The notes beneath the pieces were generated by a model. That model was not told the origin of the DNA. It was given only the letters and a program-made list of their open reading frames with translations, and did not search any database. From Blepharisma stoltei ATCC 30299 (taxonomy: Eukaryota > Protista > Ciliophora): a stretch of 64,000 nt of DNA. The position numbers and the translations under genes were made by a program. This document shows, in pieces, positions 37,725-48,497 of this stretch; the stretch's first letter is position 1; the number at the start of each line of letters is the position of its first letter. Where the stretch lies: positions 62,001 through 126,000 of the forward strand of contig CBFDEM010000047.1 in assembly GCA_965603825.1 (NCBI GenBank). The letters run 5' to 3'.

Positions 37725-38355
37725 CATATTAAAGAATTTTACTGCTTCACAACTGAAGGAAAAAACTCATCTACACATTCATTTTTATTAAGAGCAAAGT
37801 TTATCAAAAATTCTGATGTTTTGATCAAATTTCTTGGACTCAATTCTCTGATGAAGTTCAAACTTTTTGAGAATATTTTAAAACAAAAGAGAAATAAGCT
37901 AGAAAACTAGCGATTTTTTCTTTTTCTTTTAGGCTTTCCCTTACATCTGAATCAGACCTTGTCATTCAGATATAAATTTCGTTTGATTCTAAAAGTTACA
38001 AAGCTTGGGCAATAAATCTTTTTTCAAGATTTTCGATTGGAGATTTTATTAGCAGAGACAGAATTGACAGTTTATATTCTGAGTTTAGAAGTTCCTCCAA
38101 AGGCTCGAATTTTATTTTTTCTGCACTATCATAAGCTAAATAGTTTATCACTCTAAAAAATTCTGTAATGCTGCCAGCATCATTATTTTCAATCATCAAT
38201 AGAATATTTTCTTCTGAGTATTTTTCTGGGCTGAGCATAGGAATGTTTGCAAATATCAGAGTTTCTTCCTTTATTTCTTCGTGCCATTAACTGACTATTT
38301 TACAGTTTTTAAGTAAAAAATCTTTTACCGCGTCATGTGGGCCTAATAGTAACAT
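37725..38355 (-). pseudogene. HExxH family copy D, truncated 5' part
   Basis: MLLLGPHDAVKDF... with in-frame TAA stops; similarity ends after about 210 codons (FSFSCEAVKFF). Confidence 0.8.
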
Positions 38356-38418
38356 ATTGTAAGTAATCTTTATAAAAGATCTAAAATATTATATTTTCTT
38401 TACTAAAAATTATAATGA

Positions 38419-39141
38419 TTAATTATTAGAAATAATTTTTTCAATTATCTCGACGATTTCATCAAAAACTCCAATAAAAAATTGATCGCTATTCAGTGTA
38501 TAAATCCCTTTGCATTTTTCTTTTAATTCCTTTAAGTACTCCTGTGCATCAGAAGGAGAACAGAACGTATCAGCATCTCCGTGAATAATGTAAATGTCTC
38601 CTTTAACTCTTTCACAGTAATATTTCATATCGAGGTTCCTAAATTCATCCATTTCTTCTCTCGAGCATATTCACTCTCTCCCTAAACCACGATGAATCGC
38701 TTTACTGTTTTCCATCAATAATTCATTAACATCCTGCAAAAATACTGGAAGATCCATCATATTGTATCGTGGCGATATTGAAATAATTGTTTTTACATCT
38801 CCATATAAAGCCGAGTAAATAATCGAACTAATAGCTGGCTTGTACTGCCCAATAATTCCTTCAACTTTATAATCTCTGGAAGTTAGAAATTTAACAGCGT
38901 CATCTATATCTGCTGAATCCCTTATAAATCCAGCATATGAATGCTCTCCTTGGCTATTTCCGCTCCCAGTAATATCTATTTTGAAAGTATTTGCATCAAG
39001 ATGCTCAAAAATAAATTCAGATAAGAAAAAAAGCTCGGAAGGCCACATTGGGCAGATGAGATAGATTTTTTTGACTTCTGGGTATTTTATTGACATATAG
39101 TAAGCCAGTTGCAGTCCATGCCGATTTGTAAAATATTCCAT
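38419..39141 (-). CDS. Alpha/beta hydrolase copy 10 (Ser to Tyr and His to Gln; probable pseudo-enzyme)
   Basis: Joined via TGA38671 (GRE-W-ICS, cf. GREWKF); elbow GQYKPA; SDQF in place of CDH. Confidence 0.85.
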
Positions 39142-39647
39142 GAAACTATTATATTTAGTTTTATGATGGCTAATAATTGATTTTACTTTATTATAAAACA
39201 ATAGCTTTGAGATAATTATGATTTGGAAACTTTTTATAATTTAAATAATCAAGAGAAATATTAACCATATTTTTTATCATTAAATTGTAAAACTCTTTTT
39301 ATATGAATTTGGTATAGGAACAATTAAGATAAAAATCTATATTAGATTTTATATATTTGCATCGCCCTTTAAATCTTTAGTATTTAAGTCTCTAAGTGGT
39401 TTTTATAATTTTATATGCTATAATTTTTCTTAAATTATATCCTGATATCTTAATAGATTTATCAATAAATGAACATTCAGGCTCTAATAAACATAATTAT
39501 TAATTTAATAGATTAATCAACCCTAAATCAACTTGAAAATAGATTTATATAAACTTCTTTTAATTTTATATCAAAAGGTATAAAAATATGAAATTAGAAT
39601 AAAAAATTATAGAAGAATATATATTAAATTAACAAAAAAAAATTTTT

Positions 39648-40424
39648 CTAGCTCAATAAATTAAAGAGATTAATTTTTGAAAAATTTAAATAATAAATGT
39701 TTTTAATTTTCAGATATAATTTTTCAATTATCTCCATCACCTCATCGAAAACACCCATAAAAAAATGGTCACAGTTTAGAGCATAACATCCTTTGCATTT
39801 TTCTTTTAATTCTCTTGCATAATCACTCGCATCTGAAACGGGAATGTACTCATCAAGCTCTCCATAAATTATATAAATATCCCCTTTAGCTCTTTCACAA
39901 TAATCTTTCATATTTGTGTTTATTAGCTCATCCATCATTTCTTTATTAAATTTCCATTCTCTTCCAAAAGCCATAAAAACAACCTCATTACCATTGCGAA
40001 TTGACTCAAAATTCCTTTGTATAAATTCTGGAAAATCAATCAAATGATATTTTGGAGCCACTGCTATAATTGTTTTGACCTCACCATATAAGGCTGCATA
40101 GTGAATAGCGCTAGTTCCATATCTCGAGCATCCAATAATTCCTAATACTGTATATCCTCTTAAGACCAAAAATTTAACTGCATCATCTATATCATCTGCA
40201 TCTCTCCCATACCCAGCAAGGCCGTGCTCTCCTTGACTTTGTCCGTTCCCTGTTAAATCAAGCATAAAAACATTTGCATTTATGTGTTCGCGTATAAAAT
40301 CAGGTAGTAAAAATACTTCTGAAGGCTTCATAGAAGGGACAATATAAATGTTTTTGTCATCTGGATATTTTACAGATATTTTGAAAGCCAATCGTAAGCC
40401 AGAGCGATTTATAAAATACTCCAT
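39648..40424 (-). CDS. Alpha/beta hydrolase copy 11
   Basis: Elbow GCSRYG, CDH. Tail lengthened by an apparent 1-nt loss in the T-run 39720-39724 (one more base gives EKIISEN*). Confidence 0.82.
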   Translation of the reverse strand: MEYFINRSGLRLAFKISVKYPDDKNIYIVPSMKPSEVFLLPDFIREHINANVFMLDLTGNGQSQGEHGLAGYGRDADDIDDAVKFLVLRGYTVLGIIGCSRYGTSAIHYAALYGEVKTIIAVAPKYHLIDFPEFIQRNFESIRNGNEVVFMAFGREWKFNKEMMDELINTNMKDYCERAKGDIYIIYGELDEYIPVSDASDYARELKEKCKGCYALNCDHFFMGVFDEVMEIIEKLYLKIKNIYYLNFSKINLFNLLS

Positions 40425-41221
40425 AATGCAAGCAATTAGATTTAATATAGTTATAGATTATATTTATTTATTTGATTTAAGAAAAAAGAAGTTCTGTTTA
40501 TTTTCACGTCTATTAAGAAGAATAAATTATTTATCGCCATATTAAATAATAAAAGGAAATTCTCCTAAAAGAATTATGTTAAATATTTAGATCATCCTGA
40601 ACAGTTAGTTGCATGATTAATTAAAATAGTAATAAATTTAAAATATTTTATCAAGTAGGAAAATAATTAATCTGAATATTTTGATTGGTTTGTGTTTTAT
40701 GTAATAATTAAAGGTTTAGCATGCAAAGTACATAAAAAGGTTTTAGGATAATTGAAGATCTAATATTACAATTTGCTTGAGAATAAATGCTTGCATTTGA
40801 GAAATAAAAGGGCAATTGATAATTGTAAAAGATTGAAAATAAAAAATGATTAAAATTATATTGCAATCAATGATGGAAGTGCAAATATTCAATAAAAATT
40901 TAATATCATGATAAAATCTAACGTTTTTAAAATTTTTTTCCATAAGCAAGTCAGAAATTTTATCGTGCTTAATTAAACTATGCTTATTATCAAAGCAATT
41001 GTGATGACAGCCATGTTTATTATTAATTTTAGGAATTTCAGACTCTTTAAAGCAAATATATTATATAATAAAGGCGTTGATTTTAATCAAGGTGTTAGAT
41101 ACATAAAAGATAATGAAAACTCAATTAATATAATTCAAATTTTTGACATCGTCGCACTTTCAAGGATATTAGCAAATATTATAGTAAAAATGAATTAATG
41201 TAGTAAGAAGTTCTCATAAAA

Positions 41222-41944
41222 TTAATTGCCAGAAATTATTTTTTGGATTATCTCGACAACTTCATCAAAAACTCCCACAAAATAATGATCGCAATTTAAG
41301 GTAAAATGGCCTTTACATTTTTCTTTCACCTCGTTTACAAATTCTAGCGAATCTGAATAAGGACATATCTCATCAGAATCTCCGTGGATAATGTAAATAT
41401 CTCCTTTAGCTCTTTCGCAGTAATATTTCATATCAATACTTCTCATTTCTTGGACCATTTCCATTGTGATTTTCCATGTTCTTCCATAAGCTTCGTGGAT
41501 AATTCATCCAGACTCTTTGATTACATGCATCCTATCTTCCAAAAATTTGGGAAAAACATGCATATGAAATCTAGGAGCGATCGCTATAATATTTTTGACT
41601 TCACCATACAAAGCTGAGTAAAGAAATAAGCCAGTTGTATACTTTGAATAAGCTATAATTCCAGAGACTTCATACCCTCTAGAATTCAAAAATTTTACAG
41701 CATCTTCTATATCATCTGCATCTCTTCTATAGCTGCCATGAGAATGCTCACCTTCGCTGTCTCCGTCCCCTGTAAAATCAAACTTAAAAGTGTTTGCTTC
41801 CAAAAACTCAAAAATAAACCCGCACAACCAAAAAAGCTGTGTGGGCCACATAAGACAAGTTATGTATATTTTTCTATCATTTGGGTTTTTTATTGAAAAG
41901 TTGTAAGCCAATCGCAGACCATTTCGGTTAGTAAAATAGTTCAT
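41222..41944 (-). CDS. Alpha/beta hydrolase copy 12
   Basis: Joined via TGA41504; elbow AYSKYT, HGDSD, CDH. Confidence 0.85.
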
Positions 41945-42239
41945 ATTAGAATTTTTTATTATGAATTAAAAAATTAATTTATGTATCAAAGAATTCCTGC
42001 ATTAATTTTTATTAAGTAAAATAAATGTTAAATGAAAAAATAAATAACTTGGAAATAGTTACCATTTTTTTATTTTGGAATTCACTTATTTGAGTATTAA
42101 CTATGCAGAATTAAAATAATTAACCAAGGTTTATGCAGACGCCAGAGATATTTATAATCAATAAAGCCAGTTTTATTTCCACAAAATTATTATTCAAAAA
42201 TAATGATTAAGTTTCATAAATAATTTTATTGATTATCTC

Positions 42240-43215
42240 GAGACATTTATATAATAATAATAATAATAATAATTTAACGGTTATCGCCCTCTAGAGGACC
42301 AATATTTTCCAAATTCTTCTTCTTTTTTCTTCCCCTTCAACTCCAATTATTTCCATCTAAAAAATTCTGTCCATACCTCACATTTTCGGCTTTTTTCTTC
42401 AAATTCAATTCTACTTCATTTAAGACTTGATATCTTCGTCCTAAACTCCTTTCATAATTTTCTACCCCAATATTATGTATATCCAAAATCTTGTTGCATT
42501 CATATCTCTTTTTTCTTCAATTTTTCTTTCTCCATGACTTGCATGCAAATTCCATTTTATTTCATCCCTTCCCTTTTCGCGGGCAAATTTTTTTGCTTGT
42601 AATCGACTCAACGCCTAAATTCCAACACTTAGCATTTTCTAGGGAATCACCTCCTTCAGAATCCTTACTCTCTGGTGTACCTTGGCCTTCAGCTTTATCT
42701 CCAGCATTCCCAACCTCAGTGTTGTCCTTGATTCCACTTTCATCACTTGAGGTTTGAACTATTTCCACAGGCCGAGTGCCTGTTGTTGCATAAAGCGGCG
42801 TAGTTGTCTCACTATCAAGCACTTCTTCAGTTTGGTTCCAAGCCCAGGATACAAATCTTCCTCATATTTCATCTTCATCTTCTTCATCATAATCATCATG
42901 GTCATCGTAGTTGCTTCAGTAATCCTCCTCAGATTCATAGTCAGAAAAGAACTCTTCTGGTGGCATCAAGTATTCTTCTGCATTGAGAGCAATATCTGTA
43001 CCATTTAGCCATTCTTCCTCGTTCTCTGACATGCCGCCAAACTCCATGACTTTCCAATGCTGCTTCATCATCCTTGATACCTGGCTAGAAGGCAGTAATT
43101 CCCTTCCCTTCATGTACAGCTTTAATTCTTCTTCTAAAATCAAGCGTCGCGCACTCATTGAACACTTTAAACATGCCATTTAAAACCTTAATTTAATAAT
43201 GAGACATTTATATAA
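42240..43215. mobile_element. Inner 946-bp element flanked by exact 15-bp direct repeat GAGACATTTATATAA, with (TAA)n tract at one end
   Basis: Repeat at 42240-42254 and 43201-43215; (TAA)7 at 42252-42272; interior visibly more GC-rich than the flanks. Confidence 0.8.
42274..43179 (-). CDS. Orphan 301-aa acidic/basic protein carried by the inner element
   Basis: ATG43179 to TAA42274, 302 codons, five TGA, no TAA/TAG; joins track ORFs 42916..43179 and 42562..42822 and fills the element. Confidence 0.75.
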
Positions 43216-43672
43216 AAATGGCTTGTTGAGCCAATTCTCTCTTAAATCCTGTTTATCTTAATTAATTATTGTGAGAGAGGCTATCCGGTGATACATCATA
43301 GGCTTTTCTCCACTCTTGCTTTGTTGGCTGCTTGCCATCTGCTATATCCTACTCTTTCCTCAGGAGGTAGGCTCGAATACTAATTCTGAACTTATTAGGA
43401 CGCTTTGCTGTGCGATGTATCAAGCATGGGCTGTCCTTCCAGAAATTTGAAAATAGAATTTCTGCAGCTGATATTCCACAAGGTTTGCCTAAACAAGTTG
43501 AGCAACAACGCAAAGATGATCGGTCAAAGTTCAATCTTGTGGCAGTTTTTTCCTCATAGAAAAATGCAGCCAGAGTTGGGAGGAAATACAGAGATGTCAG
43601 TGACTATTTTTCTAGCCGATCAGGCAGCATGAACACCCTGTGCTTCGATTTTCCATTTTTGTATAAGTAAAC

Positions 43673-44377
43673 TTAAAAGACTATCTCGATTACTTCATCG
43701 AAAACTCCAATAAAAAAATGATCGCAATTTAACGTAAAATGTCCTTTGCATTTTTCTTTCAGCTCACTAACATACTCTAAAGAATCTCAATAAGGATTTA
43801 TTTCGTCAGCATCCCCATGAAGGATATAAATATCTCCTTTTGCTCTTTTACAATAATATGGCATATCTGTGTTTATTAATTCTTGTATCATATCCCATGT
43901 GCATTTCCACCCCCTTCCAAAGGCAGAGTGAACAATTTCTTTATTTTGGTGAATTATTTCTAAGTCATCTTGTAAAAATTTCGGTAGAGGATTCATATGA
44001 AATCTTGGAGCTAAGGCGATAATTTTGTTAACTTGGCCATATAAAGCAGAGTAAACAATGACGTTGATAGCGTTTCTTGAGTGCCCAATAATTGCTTCTA
44101 CTTTATATCCTAGAGAAGATAAATATTTTATAGCGTCATCTATATCGCCGGCGTCTCTTTCAAAGCCAGCATAAGTATGCTCACCTTGGCTGTTCCCATT
44201 GCCTGTAAAATTAAATCCAAAAGTGTTGCAATTCAAGTTTTCGAATAAAAATTCACTGAGAATAAAAATTTCTGTTAATGATAATTGGCAAACTATAGAA
44301 ATTTTTTTATCGTCTTGATTTTTAATTGAAAAGCGGCAGGCTAGTTCTAGGCCATTTCGGTTTGTAAAGTAATCCAT
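43673..44377 (-). CDS. Alpha/beta hydrolase copy 13, C-terminus clipped by the insertion
   Basis: Reads through TGA43787 (PY-W-DSLEY) to CDHFFIGVFDEVIEIVF*; elbow GHSRNA; original tail displaced to 42207-42241. Confidence 0.85.
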
Positions 44378-44866
44378 ATTTTAAGTGAAAAGTTAAGAAA
44401 AGAACTATTTAAAATAAAGCTGAAACTCTAAGTGAAGACAAACAAAATTTAGAATAGGCCAGAATTTAATAATGGCTGAATTTTATAAATATTAAAAATT
44501 AAGTTTAGATTATAAGCTGATTTAGTATAAAATAAATTTAATTTTTTATTTAAAATTTTTAATTGATATTAAAAAACAGGCAAGGAGGCAAGAGCATGGA
44601 AAGCTACTTCATTGGCTCATCTGGATCTATATAGACATTTTTTAATTTTATAATGATACCTTAATGGACACTCGAAGATATTAGCGGTCTAGAATGATGG
44701 GTTTTGTCTTTGAATTTTCCTCAATTACTGTAAGTTATCAACAAAATTTCAACCATAATTATTCATAAATTTATAAAATTTGTATATGGAGTTTTATCCA
44801 TAGCATTTCTTTTAAAATGCACTATATATTTAAAACTTAAAATAATTTATTTTTAAAAAAAATAAA

Positions 44867-46111
44867 CTATACATCAATAGACTTCCCTGACATCCAGACT
44901 CCAAATTTTTTAGCAGCAATTTTCTTTAAGCAAGCAGCCTCATTTAATGCAATTTTTGCAGTGAGTTCAGCTTTCTTTATTTTTATCATAATTTTCAACT
45001 GATTAAATTTTCTCCTTGCACATATTCCTCGTCATCAGGACTGTATGATTGTGGCTGCTAATTTTTCTTCATCATGATGCCTTTGTGAATTAATTCTGGA
45101 TTTATTGTTTCTTTTAGGCGACCAAGTGCTTCTAAGGGTGTCAGCTCTTGTAGATTTATCAAGATTTGGGGAATAAATGTAGCTTTTGTTAGGTTTTTGG
45201 CTAGGGAAAGGGATTTGTGGGGTGAACATTTGGGTTTCTTCATCAATCATAGGAATATTATCTATAATTGGGCTTCCTCTGCGCCTATTAAATGCAGTTC
45301 TTGGCTGCTCTGGGCATGATCGCCTTTTATGATGATTAAAAAATGGTAAATCATAGTTAAATTTGAATTTAACTGAGTCATTTTCATCAGAATTCCTTTG
45401 CTTTGGCTTACTTTTCCCTAAAATATATTTATGATATAAATCTGTAGGAATTGACGGCCTTTTACTCGCAAGTTTTGATAAAAACTTATCCTTAATCGAC
45501 CTCAAATTTTTTGCTTTTCTTTTAACTCTTTCAATACAATTTTTAATTGTAATTGTGAGGGGATTATTATTGCCGAAGTTAAAACTGCAAATTTTTAAGC
45601 CAAAATTTAAACTTTCTAAGGCTTCTTCATGTTTTGATAAATGTTCATACTCTAGTCCTAGGCTATGATGAGCAATTGCAAGAGTTTTTATATTTGACTT
45701 ATTTTGTGCCACTTTTAGCAAGCTACAGGCTTTAGATGCGTAGCTTATGGCTTCTTCGTGATTGCCTCTTTCAGATAAGATTCCACATAAATTCAGATAA
45801 GTGCTTGCTAAATTCTCTACTTCTATAAAAGAGCTTTCAGAAAGCTCAATTATTTTCTCAAAGTACGCAATTGCTTGTGATTCTTTGCCTACTTTTCTTA
45901 AATAGCAGCCTAGGTTGTTATAAACCAAAGCCCTCAGCTTATCTTTAGACGAATTTGATGGGAAAAATTTCAGTGTAAAAAGGGCCTGATTTAAGTAATA
46001 AAGGCTGTGTCTAAAATTTTTTTTTCTTAATTGTTCACTTGCAAGTTTGCTTAGCTCTATAATGTTATCTTCAAGCCTCATAGGACTTGCTGTTAAAATG
46101 CTGTCATTCAT
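44867..46111 (-). CDS. TPR-repeat protein with C-terminal IQ calmodulin-binding motif (414 aa)
   Basis: TPR helices (VYNNLGCYL...AIAYF; TYLNLCGIL...EAISYA); AATIIQS-TGA-TGA-RG = IQxWWRG; stop TAG44867. Confidence 0.88.
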
Positions 46112-46130
46112 ATTAATAAAATTACATTAA

Positions 46131-46946
46131 CTAAAGATTGCTCCATCCAGTCAGCTCAGAGCCGTCGGTTTCTCCAAAATTTGTGGCGACACTTCTGCGA
46201 CCTTTGCCAAGGCCATGCTCTTTAGAAGCTGTTTTCGGCCTTGAGCTAGTTTTTTTAATAGAGCCTGACCTGACAATTCTTAACTTGTTTTCTCTATTAT
46301 TTGAGTTTTTTATATATTTCTCAATGAGATTGTCATTAATTAAATCAGGGTCTATAATCGATGGTTGCTTGAGATCTGTTTTTGTATCAAAAATGGGGTT
46401 TGGAGAATTTGACCTTGTTAAATTTGATTTTTTTGGGCTCGCTAGAACAGTTGTGCAGGAAAACAAAGGCACATATCTTTCTTTTATGCTAAAAATGCAT
46501 TTATCTGAATTTGAGCTACTTGATTGTAGCTGATTTTTCACTTGCAAATAAAACGGGATATTTCCATGATATTTTGATTTTTTTTGGGCTACTTCAATAG
46601 GATTTTTCGATATATGTGTTTTTATATATTCACTGACATGGACCATACTATTATTTATGCTTTTTGTCTTTGAAGAGTCTGTTGGTGAATTTACTTTACT
46701 AAAAGTTTGCGATATATTTACAGCAGACCCTGATTTGTCAAGAGTATTCAGAGATGGTCTATACGACAATACATTTTTCCTTATAATCCTTGATCCTTTT
46801 CAATTCGGCTTTTTATATGCAAAAGTCTCACGCAGCTCCTTGTTAGACTTTGTATTAAAATTTAAGCGGTGACTTCTATATCCATATGGAGATTTTGACT
46901 TATATATCGTAGGTCCTATATCTCCTTCAAGTGTCAATTTTTCCAT
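46131..46946 (-). CDS. Hypothetical Ser/Lys-rich protein (271 aa)
   Basis: Track ORF extended through one TGA to ATG46946; low complexity. Confidence 0.65.
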
Positions 46947-46978
46947 TTTTTACATAATTATCTAAATCTATTATTCCC

Positions 46979-47908
46979 TTACATCATGAGACATGCACAA
47001 AAGTTAGGCTTTTCGTCAGATTCGTGGTCTCTTCTTGTTTTTCTTCTTTTTTCTTTGACTTGAGGCGTTTGTTGAAGCATGGTTGATTCGAGTCTTAAGC
47101 CTCTGATTGGTAAAGTTTCATAAGCATGGGATTCTGGCTTATTGTTGATAGGAATTTCTACAGGAGGATTGGTGACGTTTGGGTCAAGTTTTTTTCTTTT
47201 GTCTAAAAAACACCAGACATATCTGTCTAAATGGTCAAATTCTTCTGAAAGCAATTTGTCTTTTTCGATTCTGGCGAGTTTTTTTATAAGTTCATTTTCA
47301 TTGAGGGCAGGACATTCTAGCTCGCTTGTGAGGTTTTCTTTTTCAACTTGGATTTTATTGATAGCAAGATCAAGCTCTTCGTAGCTAGCGTTGATATTTT
47401 TAGCTCGCAAAATTTCGTTAGCGATGTCTACTAAGCAGCCTTTTAAATTTTCAATTGTTGTATTGAAAGGTAATTTTATTTCAAATTGGATCATAACTTG
47501 GAACTCAATACTAGTGATTCTTATATCAAGCCAAATATCCTGAGAAGTTATATCGCAAGAGATATTATCTCCATTAGCAGTAAATTCCCCAATGCTCCCT
47601 TTCTAAATTAAAATTACTTTTGGTAGAATTTGTTGGTTTCTTGACAAAGAGTTTGCATAAAGATTATTCAAACCTGAAAAAGCTGGGTATTTCTCTATTG
47701 TTTCACATATAAAAAATCTCAAATAATTCAATGAGTCGCTGACTAAAGTTTACTTAGGATCGCAGCTAAGCTGAATATTGCTGCTTGGGTGGATGTTTAA
47801 GTGAACATTTAAAGTTATCTGTTTTTGTGGCTGATTATTGTGACCTAAGTACACATATTTTTCTGTTTCTTCGTTTTGGATGCCAAGTTCCTCTAAAAGA
47901 TCATCCAT
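46979..47908 (-). CDS. Hypothetical protein with two 15-nt introns and C-terminal CaaX box (CACLMM)
   Basis: ATG47908; the frame is open only after removing introns 47739-47753 and 47603-47617; basic patch followed by CLMM*. Confidence 0.75.
47603..47617 (-). other. 15-nt spliceosomal intron GTAATTTTAATTTAG
   Basis: Contains in-frame TAG; removal restores the frame. Confidence 0.88.
47739..47753 (-). other. 15-nt spliceosomal intron GTAAACTTTAGTCAG
   Basis: Contains in-frame TAA; removal restores the frame. Confidence 0.85.
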
Positions 47909-48008
47909 AATCTGTGAGATAGCTTATTATAAAATTTTAGAAAATCTTCTTTTTCTTATAAAATCCTAATTATTTATTCAAAAATTACACAATTTTATTA
48001 AAAATTAA

Positions 48009-48497
48009 TTATGCTTCAGGTATACGATATTTTTTAACAAGCTCTTCTTCATCAGATAATGTCAATTCTTCATCAACAAAAAATTCTTGATTTAATTCCT
48101 CTATTCCTTTATTTTTAAAAAAAGTAGCTAATTGGGCTTGACATATCTCTGATAATGATTCAATCCCCATAATATCAGCTGCGCTCATAGTTTCAATCAA
48201 AAGTTTTAAATCTAACGATTTAATGAAAAAGCAATCCCATGGGTCTTCTAAGGCATCAGAAATATTGCTTGAAGGCAAAGGCTTTTTCGGGACGTCAGGG
48301 TGTTTATATTTATGATGGTGGGCGAATTCCAAAACTTTTTGCAGCGAATCCAGAGAAATATCGCTGAGAGTAACTTCGTTTGAATTTTGTGATAGTAGCT
48401 CATTTTTTATTAGGACGCTGATGTTTTTGAGCTCAGATCTTGTGACTATTCTATGCCCTTCTTTTGTAATTAACGTTATTTGCTGAGAACTTAGCAT
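48009..48497 (-). CDS. Skp1-family protein (divergent)
   Basis: ITLITKEG, LQKVLEFAHHH, KPLPS...DPWDCFFI, AADIMGIESLSEIC: Skp1 POZ and dimerisation pattern. Confidence 0.85.
   Translation of the reverse strand: MLSSQQITLITKEGHRIVTRSELKNISVLIKNELLSQNSNEVTLSDISLDSLQKVLEFAHHHKYKHPDVPKKPLPSSNISDALEDPWDCFFIKSLDLKLLIETMSAADIMGIESLSEICQAQLATFFKNKGIEELNQEFFVDEELTLSDEEELVKKYRIPEA

Larger units (their letters stand above)
42234..43689. mobile_element. Composite insertion (1440 bp) in the last codons of hydrolase copy 13, flanked by 8-bp direct repeat TATCTCGA
   Basis: TATCTCGA at 42234-42241 and 43682-43689. Removing the insert plus one repeat restores ...DEVIEIINKIIYET* (stop 42207-42209), matching paralogue tails. 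Confidence 0.88.

Noticed and set aside
39648-39724. Novel C-terminal extension on hydrolase copy 11
   Set aside because: Explained by one missing base in a homopolymer, either a recent mutation or a sequencing error.
42252-42272. (TAA)7 as a telomere or CRISPR-like repeat
   Set aside because: Simple microsatellite; no C-rich telomeric units or repeat-spacer structure seen anywhere in the window.
46112-46133. Fusing 46131..46946 with the TPR-IQ gene via an intron or readthrough
   Set aside because: The frames differ and no 15-16 nt GT-AG intron removes the TAG.
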